A stretch of 64,000 nt of DNA from Candidatus Lustribacter sp. (lineage in GTDB: Bacteria > Vulcanimicrobiota > Vulcanimicrobiia > Vulcanimicrobiales > Vulcanimicrobiaceae): assembly GCA_965277805.1 (NCBI GenBank), contig OZ255842.1:4608001-4672000 (forward strand), read 5' to 3'. Below the pieces are notes generated by a model that saw only the letters and a program-made list of their open reading frames with translations, was not told the origin of the DNA and did no database searches. Both the position numbers and the translations under genes were made by a program. This document shows, in pieces, positions 1 to 10,615 of this stretch (positions within the stretch are counted from its first letter, which is position 1; the number at the start of each line of letters is the position of its first letter).

Positions 1-732
1 TTCGACCGTCAACACGAACGTCTGCGCGCCGGTCGAGGTCACGACGATGTCCGCGCCGGCGATCGCGTCGACCACGCCGTGCATGTCCTTGCGGTTGAGC
101 ACCACGATCTCGCGGCAGCCTTCCGTCTTGAGGCGGCGCGCCACGAGCGAACCCATCTTGCCCGCGCCCACGACCACGACCGACGTCCCGCGCAGATCGC
201 CCACGTGCGCGCCGGCGAACGTGACCGCCGCCGTTGCGATCGACACCGACTGCCCGCCGATGTCGGTGTGCGTGCGCGCGGCCTTGCCGGCGTTGAGCGC
301 TTCGCGAAAGAGCGAGTGCAGCGTCTTGCCCAGCGATTGCGCGCGCTGGCCTTGAATGAATGCGTCCTTGACCTGCGCCAGAATCTCCGCTTCGCCGATC
401 AGCATCGAGTCGAGGCCCGTGCTCACGCGGAAGAGATGGTCGATCGCCTGATTCCCGAGCAGCGTGTACATGTAGGAATCCATGTCCTCGACGCCGCCGT
501 GGCGGAAGTTGCCGAGGAACTGGCGGATCTGGCTCACGCCCTCTTCGTAGTCGTCGAGTTCGGCGTAGATTTCGAGGCGGCCGCAGGTCTGCAGCATCAG
601 CGCCTCTTTGACCGCTTCGTAGTCGCGCAGCGCGATGAGGGCTTCGCCCATCTTGTGCGCCGGAAATGCGTGGCTCTCGCGGACGTCAACCGGCGCGGTA
701 TTGTGGGAGAGTCCCATGCATACGAGTGGCAC
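1..732 (-). CDS. hemA: Glutamyl-tRNA reductase, copy 1 (3' end runs off the window)
   Basis: Manual translation from GTG at 732: (M)PLVCMGLSHNTAPVDVRE...LQTCGRLEIY...GLDSMLIGEAEILAQVK...VVVVGAGKMG; downstream of hemL. Confidence 0.95.
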   Translation of the reverse strand, partial: MPLVCMGLSHNTAPVDVRESHAFPAHKMGEALIALRDYEAVKEALMLQTCGRLEIYAELDDYEEGVSQIRQFLGNFRHGGVEDMDSYMYTLLGNQAIDHLFRVSTGLDSMLIGEAEILAQVKDAFIQGQRAQSLGKTLHSLFREALNAGKAARTHTDIGGQSVSIATAAVTFAGAHVGDLRGTSVVVVGAGKMGSLVARRLKTEGCREIVVLNRKDMHGVVDAIAGADIVVTSTGAQTFVLTVE

Positions 733-735
733 GAG

Positions 736-2043
<1,308 letters not shown>

Positions 2044-2094
2044 GCTGCCCTTTTATGATTGCGAAAAAGCACTGTTTTTTGTTGGAACCAGCAC

Positions 2095-2235
2095 TGTCAT
2101 TCCGAGCGAAGCGCGAAGCGCGCAGACGAGGAACGAGAGAACATCTTCGCGGTCGCACTCGGTAGTAGAGATGGTGGCGCGTCCCTCGTCTACGCACCTG
2201 TGGTGCTCCGCTCGGGATGACATCTCGGGATGACA
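2095..2235. repeat. Palindromic REP/MITE-like element with TGTCATTCCGAGCG...CGCTCGGGATGACA ends; right end duplicated
   Basis: Terminal inverted repeats read directly; related copies at 8794, 45240 and 55621. Confidence 0.8.
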
Positions 2236-2248
2236 TGAAGTAAGCATT

Positions 2249-2854
2249 CTACGTGATGGCGCCGCTGATGGCTGCGTAATCGTCCGGTGTGTTTACGTTG
2301 GTGAAGATCCGGTCGTCGGCGTCGCCCATCTCGACGTAGCGCGTTTTTAGGCGCTCGATCACTGCGCGCGGCGAGCCGCGTCCGCCCAGCAGCACGGGTA
2401 GGCCTTCGCGCATGAAGGCTTCGCGGTTGTAGAGAGCGGCCAGCGGCTCGATTTGCGGTTCGCCCTCGTGCAGGCGGCGCGGCACGATGGCTTCGTCGCC
2501 GGGTTCGATGCAGGCTTCGAGCCGGTCGATCAGTGCGGCGTCGATGAACGGCGCGTCGCCGGCCGCCGCAAACACCCATGGCGTGCGCGCTTCGCCGATC
2601 GCCGAGAGCAGTCCCGAGAGCGGGCCGCGCATCGGCCAGCGGTCGACGACGGCCGGCGCATCGATCAGCAGGTCGATCTCATACGGTAGCGCGCCCTTGC
2701 ACGAGATCAGCGTCGCGCGGCCATCGCTCACGTTGCGGTATACGCGCACGATCAGCGGCAGGTCGCCGGCGTCTTTGAACAGTTTGCCCGGGAAACGCGT
2801 CGACTCGCCGCCGGCCAGCACGATCGCGGTGACCAGCGCGCTGCGTTCAGCCAT
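2249..2854 (-). CDS. mobA: Molybdenum cofactor guanylyltransferase
   Basis: AIVLAGGESTRF, GPLSGL, GDAPF, EPLAALY, FTNVNTPDDY; start refined to ATG 2854. Confidence 0.9.
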   Translation of the reverse strand: MAERSALVTAIVLAGGESTRFPGKLFKDAGDLPLIVRVYRNVSDGRATLISCKGALPYEIDLLIDAPAVVDRWPMRGPLSGLLSAIGEARTPWVFAAAGDAPFIDAALIDRLEACIEPGDEAIVPRRLHEGEPQIEPLAALYNREAFMREGLPVLLGGRGSPRAVIERLKTRYVEMGDADDRIFTNVNTPDDYAAISGAIT

Positions 2855-3836
2855 GACGCCGTAAGTAATCTTTGGCGAAGTACGTGATGATGATGTCGGC
2901 ACCGGCGCGCGCAAAACCGGTGAGCGTTTCGTCGACGACGCGGTCTTCATCGATCCAGCCGCGTTCGGCGGCGGCCTTCACCATCGCGTACTCGCCGCTG
3001 ACGTTGTACGTCGCCACCGGCACGTCGAAGCTGTCGCGCACCATCCGGATCAAATCCATGTAGGCGAGCGCGGGCTTCACCATGACGATGTCGGCGCCTT
3101 CGGCGATATCGAGCGCGACTTCACGCATTGCCTCGCGGCTGTTGGCCGGATCCATCTGATAGGTGCGGCGGTCGCCGAAGCTCGGCGTCGAGTCGGCCGC
3201 TTCGCGAAACGGTCCGTAGAAGCCCGACGCGTACTTCGCCGCATACGACATGATCGTGGTCTTGATGAAGCCTTCGGCATCGAGTCCTTCGCGAATCGCG
3301 CCGACGCGCCCGTCCATCATGTCCGAGGGCGCGACGCAATCGACGCCCGCGCGCGCGTACGTCAGCGCCGTCTTCACCAGCAGTTCGACAGACTGATCGT
3401 TGTCGACGTCGCCGTCGGAGCCGATGATGCCGCAGTGGCCGTGATCGGTGTATTCGCAGTTGCAGAGGTCGGCGATCACCAGCATCTGCGGCAACGCTTC
3501 TTTGATCGCGCTCGCGGCGCGCTGCACGACGCCGTTGGGATCGTAGTTGCTGCTCGCTACCGCGTCTTTGAAATCCGGAATGCCGAACAGCAGCACCGCT
3601 TTCACGCCCACCGCGTCGAGTTCGCGGCATTCGCGCACGGCCGCGTCGACCGAGAGCCGCGAAACGCCGGGCATCGAGCCGATCGGCTGCACGACGTTGG
3701 TGCCGTCGACGATGAACAGCGGCATCACGAGGCCGTCGTGATTGACGCGCGTTTCGCGCACCAGCCCGCGCATCGCCGAGCTCTGGCGCAAGCGGCGCGG
3801 GCGGTTCACTAAGCCGAGGCGTTCGGCGACGTTCAT
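2847..3836 (-). CDS. hemB: Porphobilinogen synthase (ALA dehydratase)
   Basis: RPRRLR, DLCNCEYTDHGHCG, APSDMMDGR, YAAKYASGFYGPFREA, MVKPA; start ATG 3836. Confidence 0.97.
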   Translation of the reverse strand: MNVAERLGLVNRPRRLRQSSAMRGLVRETRVNHDGLVMPLFIVDGTNVVQPIGSMPGVSRLSVDAAVRECRELDAVGVKAVLLFGIPDFKDAVASSNYDPNGVVQRAASAIKEALPQMLVIADLCNCEYTDHGHCGIIGSDGDVDNDQSVELLVKTALTYARAGVDCVAPSDMMDGRVGAIREGLDAEGFIKTTIMSYAAKYASGFYGPFREAADSTPSFGDRRTYQMDPANSREAMREVALDIAEGADIVMVKPALAYMDLIRMVRDSFDVPVATYNVSGEYAMVKAAAERGWIDEDRVVDETLTGFARAGADIIITYFAKDYLRRHG

Positions 3837-5764
3837 GTGGTGTGCTCCAGAACGAAATGCGTGACGGTGTGGACGAACGCTGGGATATCGGCGGCTGCGG
3901 CGACGAGATCGGGCGGCCAGCCGGCATCTTTCGCCGCGGTGGCAGTTTCGGGCCCCATCACCGCGACGATCGGCCGGGCACCGTGACGTTCGGCAAGGTA
4001 GGTCGCAATGGCTCGTACCGCGGCCGTCGAGGGAAAGAGAATCGCGTTCGGCGTGCGACCGCCCAGCGCCGCGAGGGCCGCCTGCCCGTCGACCGCTTCG
4101 ATGACTTCCGCGCCGCCTTCGCGCAGCGCCGCGGCGATGCGGCTGGGGCGTTCTTGGGTGCGCGGCAAGAGGAACAGCGTGCCGGCCAGCACGCCGGGCC
4201 GGCCTTCGTCGGTTGCGCCGAGCAGCACGGCACCGCCCTCGGCCAGCATCTGTTCGGCCAAGCTCACCGCCGCCGCTTCCATCTCCGCGATCGCGGTCGT
4301 CGTCACGCGCCGGTCGCCGCGCACCACGGTTGAACCATCGGCCGACGCGATCGCCGCATGCAGCAGCAGAAACTCGCCGTCGTAGGTGGCGTGCGCGCCG
4401 ACCGGCATCTGGCACCCGCCGCGCAGCGTGCGCAGAAACGCGCGCTCGGCAAACACGGCGATCTCCGTCTGCGGGTCGTTCAGTAGCGGCCGCACTTTCG
4501 GAATGCGCGCATCGCCGGCGCGCATCTCGACGGCGAGCGCGCCTTGGGCCACCGCGGGCACGAGCACGTCGAGCGGAAACGGGACCGTGTACGTGGCGGA
4601 GAGCTCGAGGCGTTTGAGGCCCGCGGCGGCAAGCACGATCGCGTCGTAATCGCCGTCGCGCAGCTTGCGCAGCCGCGTATCGATGTTGCCGCGAATATCG
4701 TGAAACGTCAGATCGGGCCGCAGCGCGCGCAACAGTGCGCGGCGGCGCGGGCTCGACGTGCCCACGCGCGCGCCGGCCGGCAGCGCATCGAACGTCGCGT
4801 AGTATTCGCTGCAGAAGACGTCCCGGGGATCCTCGCGCTTGCCGATCGCGGCCAGCACCATATCGCCGGGCAACGTGCTCTCGAGGTCCTTGCACGAGTG
4901 CACGGCGTAGTCGGCGCGCCCGTCGCGCAGCGCGGCTTCCAACTCTTTCACGAACACGCCGTTGCTGCCGATCGCGGCCAGCGGACGGTCTTGCACGGTA
5001 TCGCCTTTGGTCGTGATCGCGAGCACCGTCGACGGAATGCCGCCGCCGGCGAGCTGCGCCATCACCGACCGCGTTTGCCACATCGCAAGCGCGCTCGCGC
5101 GCGTCGCGCACACCAGCGTCGAGAGTTCGCTCGGCCGCACGCCGCCGAGGGTGTCGACCGCGCGCTCCACTTCGTGCTCCACCGCGCCCGGCGGCATCGA
5201 CGCCAGATCGTCGATGTCGCGTTCGGCGAAGTGACGCATGACGGCGGCACGGCGGTCGATCGGTACGACGGCGAGCACGCGCTCGCGCAACGCGCCGAGC
5301 GTCGCGGCCGCGCGCGCGTAGCGGGAGTCGAACTGCACCGCCAGCTCATCGCGGATCCGGGCGGTGAAGCTGGGCGCGAGGCCGCCCGAGTCGACCGTGA
5401 CGGTCAAGTTGCCCGAACGGTGCACGGCCGGGGTGATGAAGTCGCCGCGCGCCGCATCGCCGGTATCGTTGACCAGCACGCCGTGCTTGTGTGCATCGAC
5501 CACTACCGCGGCGTTGATCCCGGCATCGTCGGTCGCTGCGAAGGCAAGCAGCGCGCCCGCGCAGTCACCGAAGGCGAAGAGCCGGGCCGTCCATGCAATC
5601 TCACCCGCCTCAGCCCATTGGGCAAGTTGGCGCGTCAGGGACGGGCTGATGACGGTCACGCGGGCGCCGGCTTCGCGCAGGGCGCGGGTCCGGCGTTCGG
5701 CGACGGCGCCGCCGCCCACGACGACGACGCGCCGTTCGGCCAGCGTGAGGGAGATCGGGAACAC
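3833..5764 (-). CDS. hemC: Triple fusion: precorrin-2 dehydrogenase/ferrochelatase (CysG-N/SirC-like) + hydroxymethylbilane synthase (HemC) + HemD-like C-terminal domain
   Basis: N-term VVVGGGAVAERR...AATDD...DFITPA; middle ATRASALAMWQ, VHSCKD, GTSSPRR, IRGNIDTRL, GGCQMPVG; C-term FPSTAAV, VMGPETA. Confidence 0.9.
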   Translation of the reverse strand: MFPISLTLAERRVVVVGGGAVAERRTRALREAGARVTVISPSLTRQLAQWAEAGEIAWTARLFAFGDCAGALLAFAATDDAGINAAVVVDAHKHGVLVNDTGDAARGDFITPAVHRSGNLTVTVDSGGLAPSFTARIRDELAVQFDSRYARAAATLGALRERVLAVVPIDRRAAVMRHFAERDIDDLASMPPGAVEHEVERAVDTLGGVRPSELSTLVCATRASALAMWQTRSVMAQLAGGGIPSTVLAITTKGDTVQDRPLAAIGSNGVFVKELEAALRDGRADYAVHSCKDLESTLPGDMVLAAIGKREDPRDVFCSEYYATFDALPAGARVGTSSPRRRALLRALRPDLTFHDIRGNIDTRLRKLRDGDYDAIVLAAAGLKRLELSATYTVPFPLDVLVPAVAQGALAVEMRAGDARIPKVRPLLNDPQTEIAVFAERAFLRTLRGGCQMPVGAHATYDGEFLLLHAAIASADGSTVVRGDRRVTTTAIAEMEAAAVSLAEQMLAEGGAVLLGATDEGRPGVLAGTLFLLPRTQERPSRIAAALREGGAEVIEAVDGQAALAALGGRTPNAILFPSTAAVRAIATYLAERHGARPIVAVMGPETATAAKDAGWPPDLVAAAADIPAFVHTVTHFVLEHTT

Positions 5765-5784
5765 CTCGTCGTTCTTTCCTACAG

Positions 5785-7434
5785 ATGCGTTTCGTCCCCG
5801 TGCGCGCGGCCGTCCTCGGCGCGCTCTTTGCTGCGATCATTACGCTCCCGGGGCTCGGCAACGGCACGTTGTGGGACAATAGCGAGACCGTCTACGGCGA
5901 GGCCGCGCGCGAGGTGCTGCTGACCCACGATTGGGTCGTTATGCATGTCAACGGGGTGCCGTGGTTCGTCCAGCCTCCGCTGTTCTTCTGGATCGCGGCC
6001 TTGTGCGCCAAAGCGTTCGGGGTCACGGCCTTCGCGATGCGGCTGCCGGCGGCGCTGGCGACGATCGCGATGGGCGGGGCACTCGGCTATGCCACGGCCC
6101 GGGTCGCCGGAACGCGGGCCGGAACGGTCGCGGCGATCGTGCTCTCGACGAGCCTGATGCAAGCGATCGTCGGCCGTTTGTCGATCATGGATGCGCTGCT
6201 CGACCTCTGCGTCGTCATCGCGACGCTGTGCTGGTTTCGCGCCTTCGAACCGCACGATCATCGCAACGACGTGCGGCGCCGCACGATCGCATTCTTGAGC
6301 GGAACCGTGGCGCTCGCGCTGGGCACGCTCGCGAAGGGCCCGGTCGCGCCGGTGATCGTGGTGCTCGTACTCGCCGTGTGGCTCGTCTGGGAACGCCGCA
6401 GCGACGCGCCGATCGCGCTCCCGTCGTGGCGGACGTTCGTCGCCGCGGCCGGCGTGTTCGTGCTGATCGTCGCGCCGTGGTTCGTGCTCGAAGCCGTTCG
6501 CGTCGGACCCGACGCATTTCGCGAACTGATCGGGCACTACACGATCGGCCGCTACACGGGCGTCATCGAGAACCAGAGCGGACCGTGGTGGTACTACGTG
6601 CCGGTCCTCATTCTCGGTTTCTTTCCCTGGATCGCGTTCGTGCCGGTGGCGGCCGTGCACGCGATCGACAGCGCGCGCGCGCGGCCCGGTTCGTTCGAAC
6701 GGTTGGCGCTCACGTGGGCGGTCGTGCCGGTCGTGTTTTTCAGCTTTGCCGAGACGAAGCTGCCGAACTACGTCGCGTTGATGCTGCCCGCGCTCGCGAT
6801 CATCGTGGCGCTGTGGTTCGAGCGCCTCTCCGACGCCGTCGACCGGCGCGGCGCGATCGCATCCGCGCTCTCGATTCCGCTGCTGATCGGTGCGCTCGGC
6901 ATCGCGATCGTCGTGTTCATTCAGAACAATCACCTCGAGAGCACGACTGCGATCGTCGTGCCGCAAGCGGAGATTCTCGGCGCCGTGATGCTGATCGGAT
7001 CCCTTGCCACCGTTGCCGCCATCGCAACGCGCGACTGGAATTGGATCGCGCCCTACGTGCTCGGCGCAACGTCGGGCGCGCTCGTGCTGTTCATCGCGCT
7101 CGTCGCCGAACCGGCGGCCGAGACGTTCAAGCCGATTCCCGCTATTGCGCACGTCATCGAGGAGCAGCGTGCGCCGGGCGCGGTGGTTGCGATACGCGGC
7201 GTGGCGGGCAGCTACTCATTGATCTTCTATACCGAGCCGGGCGTTGTGTCGCTGGACGAAGCGCCGGCGGCCGATGCGGCAGCGATCTGCGCCGCGCGCG
7301 ATGAGTTTCTCGTCACGCGCGCGCGCGACGTGGACGAACTGACGCAAGTGGCCAAGGCTCGCGGCCGGAACGGGCTAGAACTCGGCCGCCTGAACGGTGT
7401 GGCCCTGCTCCATCTCACGGGGTCCGGCTGCTGA
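5785..7434 (+). CDS. ArnT/PMT-like membrane glycosyltransferase (GT39/GT83)
   Basis: LWDNSETVYGEAAREV, QPPLFFW, RLPAAL, TLAKGPVA, FFSFAETKLPNY; multiple TM segments. Confidence 0.85.
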   Translation: MRFVPVRAAVLGALFAAIITLPGLGNGTLWDNSETVYGEAAREVLLTHDWVVMHVNGVPWFVQPPLFFWIAALCAKAFGVTAFAMRLPAALATIAMGGALGYATARVAGTRAGTVAAIVLSTSLMQAIVGRLSIMDALLDLCVVIATLCWFRAFEPHDHRNDVRRRTIAFLSGTVALALGTLAKGPVAPVIVVLVLAVWLVWERRSDAPIALPSWRTFVAAAGVFVLIVAPWFVLEAVRVGPDAFRELIGHYTIGRYTGVIENQSGPWWYYVPVLILGFFPWIAFVPVAAVHAIDSARARPGSFERLALTWAVVPVVFFSFAETKLPNYVALMLPALAIIVALWFERLSDAVDRRGAIASALSIPLLIGALGIAIVVFIQNNHLESTTAIVVPQAEILGAVMLIGSLATVAAIATRDWNWIAPYVLGATSGALVLFIALVAEPAAETFKPIPAIAHVIEEQRAPGAVVAIRGVAGSYSLIFYTEPGVVSLDEAPAADAAAICAARDEFLVTRARDVDELTQVAKARGRNGLELGRLNGVALLHLTGSGC

Positions 7435-7468
7435 AGGTTCCGGCGGCTCGATGTCACACGATTCGAGC

Positions 7469-8041
7469 ATGGATACCTTAGAAGCGATTCGTACGCGCCG
7501 CACGGTCGGCAAGAGCACCGGCGACGTGCCGCGGGAGACGATCGCGGAGTTGATCGAAGCCGCCACGTGGGCGCCCAACCACAAGCTCACGCAGCCGTGG
7601 AAATTTACCGTGGTCGCGGGCGCCGCGCGCGAACGTTTGGGTGAGGTGTGGGCGCGCGAGGCCGTCGCCGACGCCGATCCCGCCAAGCGCGACGCGATCT
7701 TCGACGGCGAAAAGAAGAAGCCGCTGCGTTCGCCGGCGCTGATCATCGTCAGCGTGCGCACCGACAAAAATCCCGTCACGGCCGAAGAAGATCTCGTCGC
7801 GACGGCGGCCGCCACGCAAAACATTTTGCTGGCGGCGCACGCCAAAGGTCTGAGCGCCGCGTGGAAAACCGGCAAGATCGTCTCCAGCGCTGCGGTGAAG
7901 CGCTTCCTCGACGTCGACGCGAGCGATCGCATCATCGCGGTCATCTATCTCGGTGCGGTCGCGAAGGAAGAACCGAGCGCGCGCCCGCGCAACGTTGCGA
8001 GCACGATCAAGTGGCTCGATGAATCCGTGCTCACGGTCTAG
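7469..8041 (+). CDS. Nitroreductase family protein
   Basis: EAIRTRRTV, AATWAPNHKLTQPWKF, ATQNILLAAHAKGL; start could be 7451. Confidence 0.88.
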   Translation: MDTLEAIRTRRTVGKSTGDVPRETIAELIEAATWAPNHKLTQPWKFTVVAGAARERLGEVWAREAVADADPAKRDAIFDGEKKKPLRSPALIIVSVRTDKNPVTAEEDLVATAAATQNILLAAHAKGLSAAWKTGKIVSSAAVKRFLDVDASDRIIAVIYLGAVAKEEPSARPRNVASTIKWLDESVLTV

Positions 8042-8785
8042 GTGATAACAGTGGCCGAAGGCATCCTGACAGCGCCGCTCGGACGCGGCCTGCAAATCAC
8101 GCTCAACGAGCAGAAGGGCGTCTCCGACGCCGACGCGCTCGAACTGACGAACCTGCTGCTGCACGCGCACGAACGCGCCGCGTTCGTCGTGTTGCGGTCG
8201 ATCGGCCCGGACTTCATCACCGGCCGCAACAACCCGCGGCCGCCGGCGGGTGCGCCGGCCGCGGACGCGCTGGAGCGCCGGCGCTTCAGCGAGGTGATCT
8301 TCAACTGCTACGGCGCGTTTCGCGCGTGCTCGGTGCCGATCATCGGCGTCGTGAATGGACGGGCAATGGGCCTCGGCGTGTCGGTGGCCGCGTTATGTGA
8401 CATCACGTTTGCCGCCGATACGTCAACGTTTCAGATCAACGAGATGAACCACCGCATCTTGCCTACGATGGTAATGTCGTCGCTGGTCGATCGGGTGGCG
8501 AAGAAAGACTTGATGTATCTCGTCCTCTCTCGCGCGACGATCTCCGCCGCGCGCGCGCAAGCCGTGAACATCGTGACCGAAGTCGTACCGGCTGCGCAAC
8601 TCGATGCGAAGGTGGCCGAACTCGTGGCGATTTTCGAAGCGACGCCGTCGATCGCACTGGCGTCGGTGAAAGAGTACTGCAACGCAGCCTACGACATGCC
8701 GATCAAAGGCGCCGTCGACTTCGCCCGCAACCTCCACGCCACAATCAACGCCGCCCCCGAAATGCAAGCCACCCCGATCGTCTAG
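8042..8785 (+). CDS. Enoyl-CoA hydratase/isomerase family protein
   Basis: PIIGVVNGRAMGLGVSVAALCDI crotonase motif. Confidence 0.85.
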   Translation: MITVAEGILTAPLGRGLQITLNEQKGVSDADALELTNLLLHAHERAAFVVLRSIGPDFITGRNNPRPPAGAPAADALERRRFSEVIFNCYGAFRACSVPIIGVVNGRAMGLGVSVAALCDITFAADTSTFQINEMNHRILPTMVMSSLVDRVAKKDLMYLVLSRATISAARAQAVNIVTEVVPAAQLDAKVAELVAIFEATPSIALASVKEYCNAAYDMPIKGAVDFARNLHATINAAPEMQATPIV

Positions 8786-8793
8786 CAACCAAC

Positions 8794-8865
8794 GGTCGCA
8801 CTCTCAATGCCGAGATGATCTCCGGTTCCTCGTCGACGCGCCTTGCGGCGCTGCTCGGAATGACA
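8794..8865. repeat. 5'-truncated copy of the palindromic element
   Basis: GGTCGCACTC internal block and GGTTCCTCGTC...GCTCGGAATGACA end shared with the 2095 and 55621 copies. Confidence 0.7.
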
Positions 8866-8894
8866 TCGCTAAATGGCACATTTAAGTGGCAAAG

Positions 8895-10568
8895 TTAGCT
8901 GCAGCCGCCGAGAGGGTCGGGGGTGATTGTGCCGGCGAAGGTGCCGCCGGTTACGGTGGCGCTTAGGATCTGATTGTTTAGCGGGCCACCGGTCCAGTTT
9001 AGGGCCGGCGTGGTGCTGCCGGGAGCGGTGATTACGCCGTTTGCGAATGTGCTGTGACCGGAGCTGTCGGTCGTGGTTAAGGTGATCGTGAGCGGGTTGC
9101 CGTTCGCGTCGCTGTAGGTTCCCGGACCGATAATCGTGTTGCCCGACGCGTCGAGCGCCGCTACGTTCAGTTGCAGCGTGCCGGTTGAATTGCAGATCGC
9201 ACCCAAGATGCCGTTGCTCACCAGCACCGACTTCACGACGCCGTTGAGGACGAAGTTCACGGTCGTGGCCGTGTTCGCCACGATGGTGACGGGTGCGGTC
9301 TGGGTGGAGAGCACGTGACCGCTGCCGCCCGCGCCGCCGGTCGCGTCGTAGGCCGTGACGGTGACCGACGCGCTGCCGGCCGGCAGCGAGGCCGTTGCCG
9401 TGCACGACACGGGGAAGTTCATCCGCCCGATGATGTTGGCGTTCTGTTCGCTGAAATAGATGCCGTCGCTGCCCGCTGCGACGTCGTAGGGGCTGGTCGA
9501 GGCATGCGGGATCGTGTACTCGTTGAGGACGCCCGTCGTCGTCATGCGCGCGATCTTGTTCGCGTTGTATTCGGCAATCCAGAGCGCCCCGTCGGGCAGC
9601 GCATGGATCGCTACGCTCGCCCCGGGTGAAAGCGCGTAGGTGTTCGTGATCGTCCCGTTCGTCGTCATCCGGTAGACGTTGCCGCTTAAGTCGGTGATCC
9701 AGAGCGCGTTGTCCGGCCCGTTCGTGATCGCATACGGCTCGGTGGGCACCGGGAACTCGTTGGTCAGCGTCCACACGGAGCCGGACTTCGCAATGCGCGC
9801 GACCCAGCCGGCGGATACGCCGTTGTTTTCGGTGACGTAGATCGCACCGTCGGGACCGAGGGCGGGCATCGTCGTCGCGCCTTGCGTCGTGATCGTGTCC
9901 GTCGACAGCCACGTTCCGTCGGCGGCGATATGATACACCGTATTCTGCGGTGCTTGGGTGTACGCCGTTCCCCAAACGGTGCGGTCGGCCGCTACGGCGA
10001 GATACTGCATGTCGTGCGGAAAGCCGGTGAAGTAGCTGACGCCGCCGGACGTCGTGATGTCGCCGAGCAGGGTGTTGTAGGGACTGGTCGTCCACAGCGC
10101 GCCGTTGGGACCGACGATGATACCGTTCTGAAAATAACCGAAGTAGTGGTCGGTGTAGACGCCGCCGGGAGCGATCGTTCCGATCGAGTAGCCGGCGTCT
10201 TCGACGAACCAGATATTTCCGTCCGGCCCTTCCACCACGCCGCGCGGCTGGGCGTTCACCGGCGTCTCGACGATCGACGGCTGGCCGTAATTGGTCGCGC
10301 ACCCCGGCGATCCCGCGGTAACGTCGATGTTCGTCGTCGTTCCGGCAGCGGTCACCGCAATCGATTGCGTTGCCGGCGAGACGTACTGGGCTTTGCGGCT
10401 CTTGGCTTGCGCGCCGGCGGCCGGCACGTCGATCGCGAACTGAACGGTGCCGGAGCCCTTGCCCGTCGTTTGCGGCACGGACGGCACAGCGGCATGCGAA
10501 CCGCCGCCGCCTCCGCCACACCCGGCAAGCAACATCAATGCAAGCAACAGCGCGCCCGGACGCCTCAT
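8895..10568 (-). CDS. Secreted lipoprotein with Vgb/NHL-like beta-propeller repeats
   Basis: Lipobox LAGC; repeated GPDGNIWF/GPNGALW/GPDGAIY/GPDNALW units. Confidence 0.75.
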   Translation of the reverse strand: MRRPGALLLALMLLAGCGGGGGGSHAAVPSVPQTTGKGSGTVQFAIDVPAAGAQAKSRKAQYVSPATQSIAVTAAGTTTNIDVTAGSPGCATNYGQPSIVETPVNAQPRGVVEGPDGNIWFVEDAGYSIGTIAPGGVYTDHYFGYFQNGIIVGPNGALWTTSPYNTLLGDITTSGGVSYFTGFPHDMQYLAVAADRTVWGTAYTQAPQNTVYHIAADGTWLSTDTITTQGATTMPALGPDGAIYVTENNGVSAGWVARIAKSGSVWTLTNEFPVPTEPYAITNGPDNALWITDLSGNVYRMTTNGTITNTYALSPGASVAIHALPDGALWIAEYNANKIARMTTTGVLNEYTIPHASTSPYDVAAGSDGIYFSEQNANIIGRMNFPVSCTATASLPAGSASVTVTAYDATGGAGGSGHVLSTQTAPVTIVANTATTVNFVLNGVVKSVLVSNGILGAICNSTGTLQLNVAALDASGNTIIGPGTYSDANGNPLTITLTTTDSSGHSTFANGVITAPGSTTPALNWTGGPLNNQILSATVTGGTFAGTITPDPLGGCS

Positions 10569-10615
10569 GAGCGGCTGACTAATCCGCCTGCAGCCACCCT
10601 ACCTGCCGGTCGAGG

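Noticed and set aside
2847-5111. Apparent 754-aa HemB with long N-terminal extension
   Set aside because: The extension overlaps the hemC fusion in another frame; real start is ATG 3836
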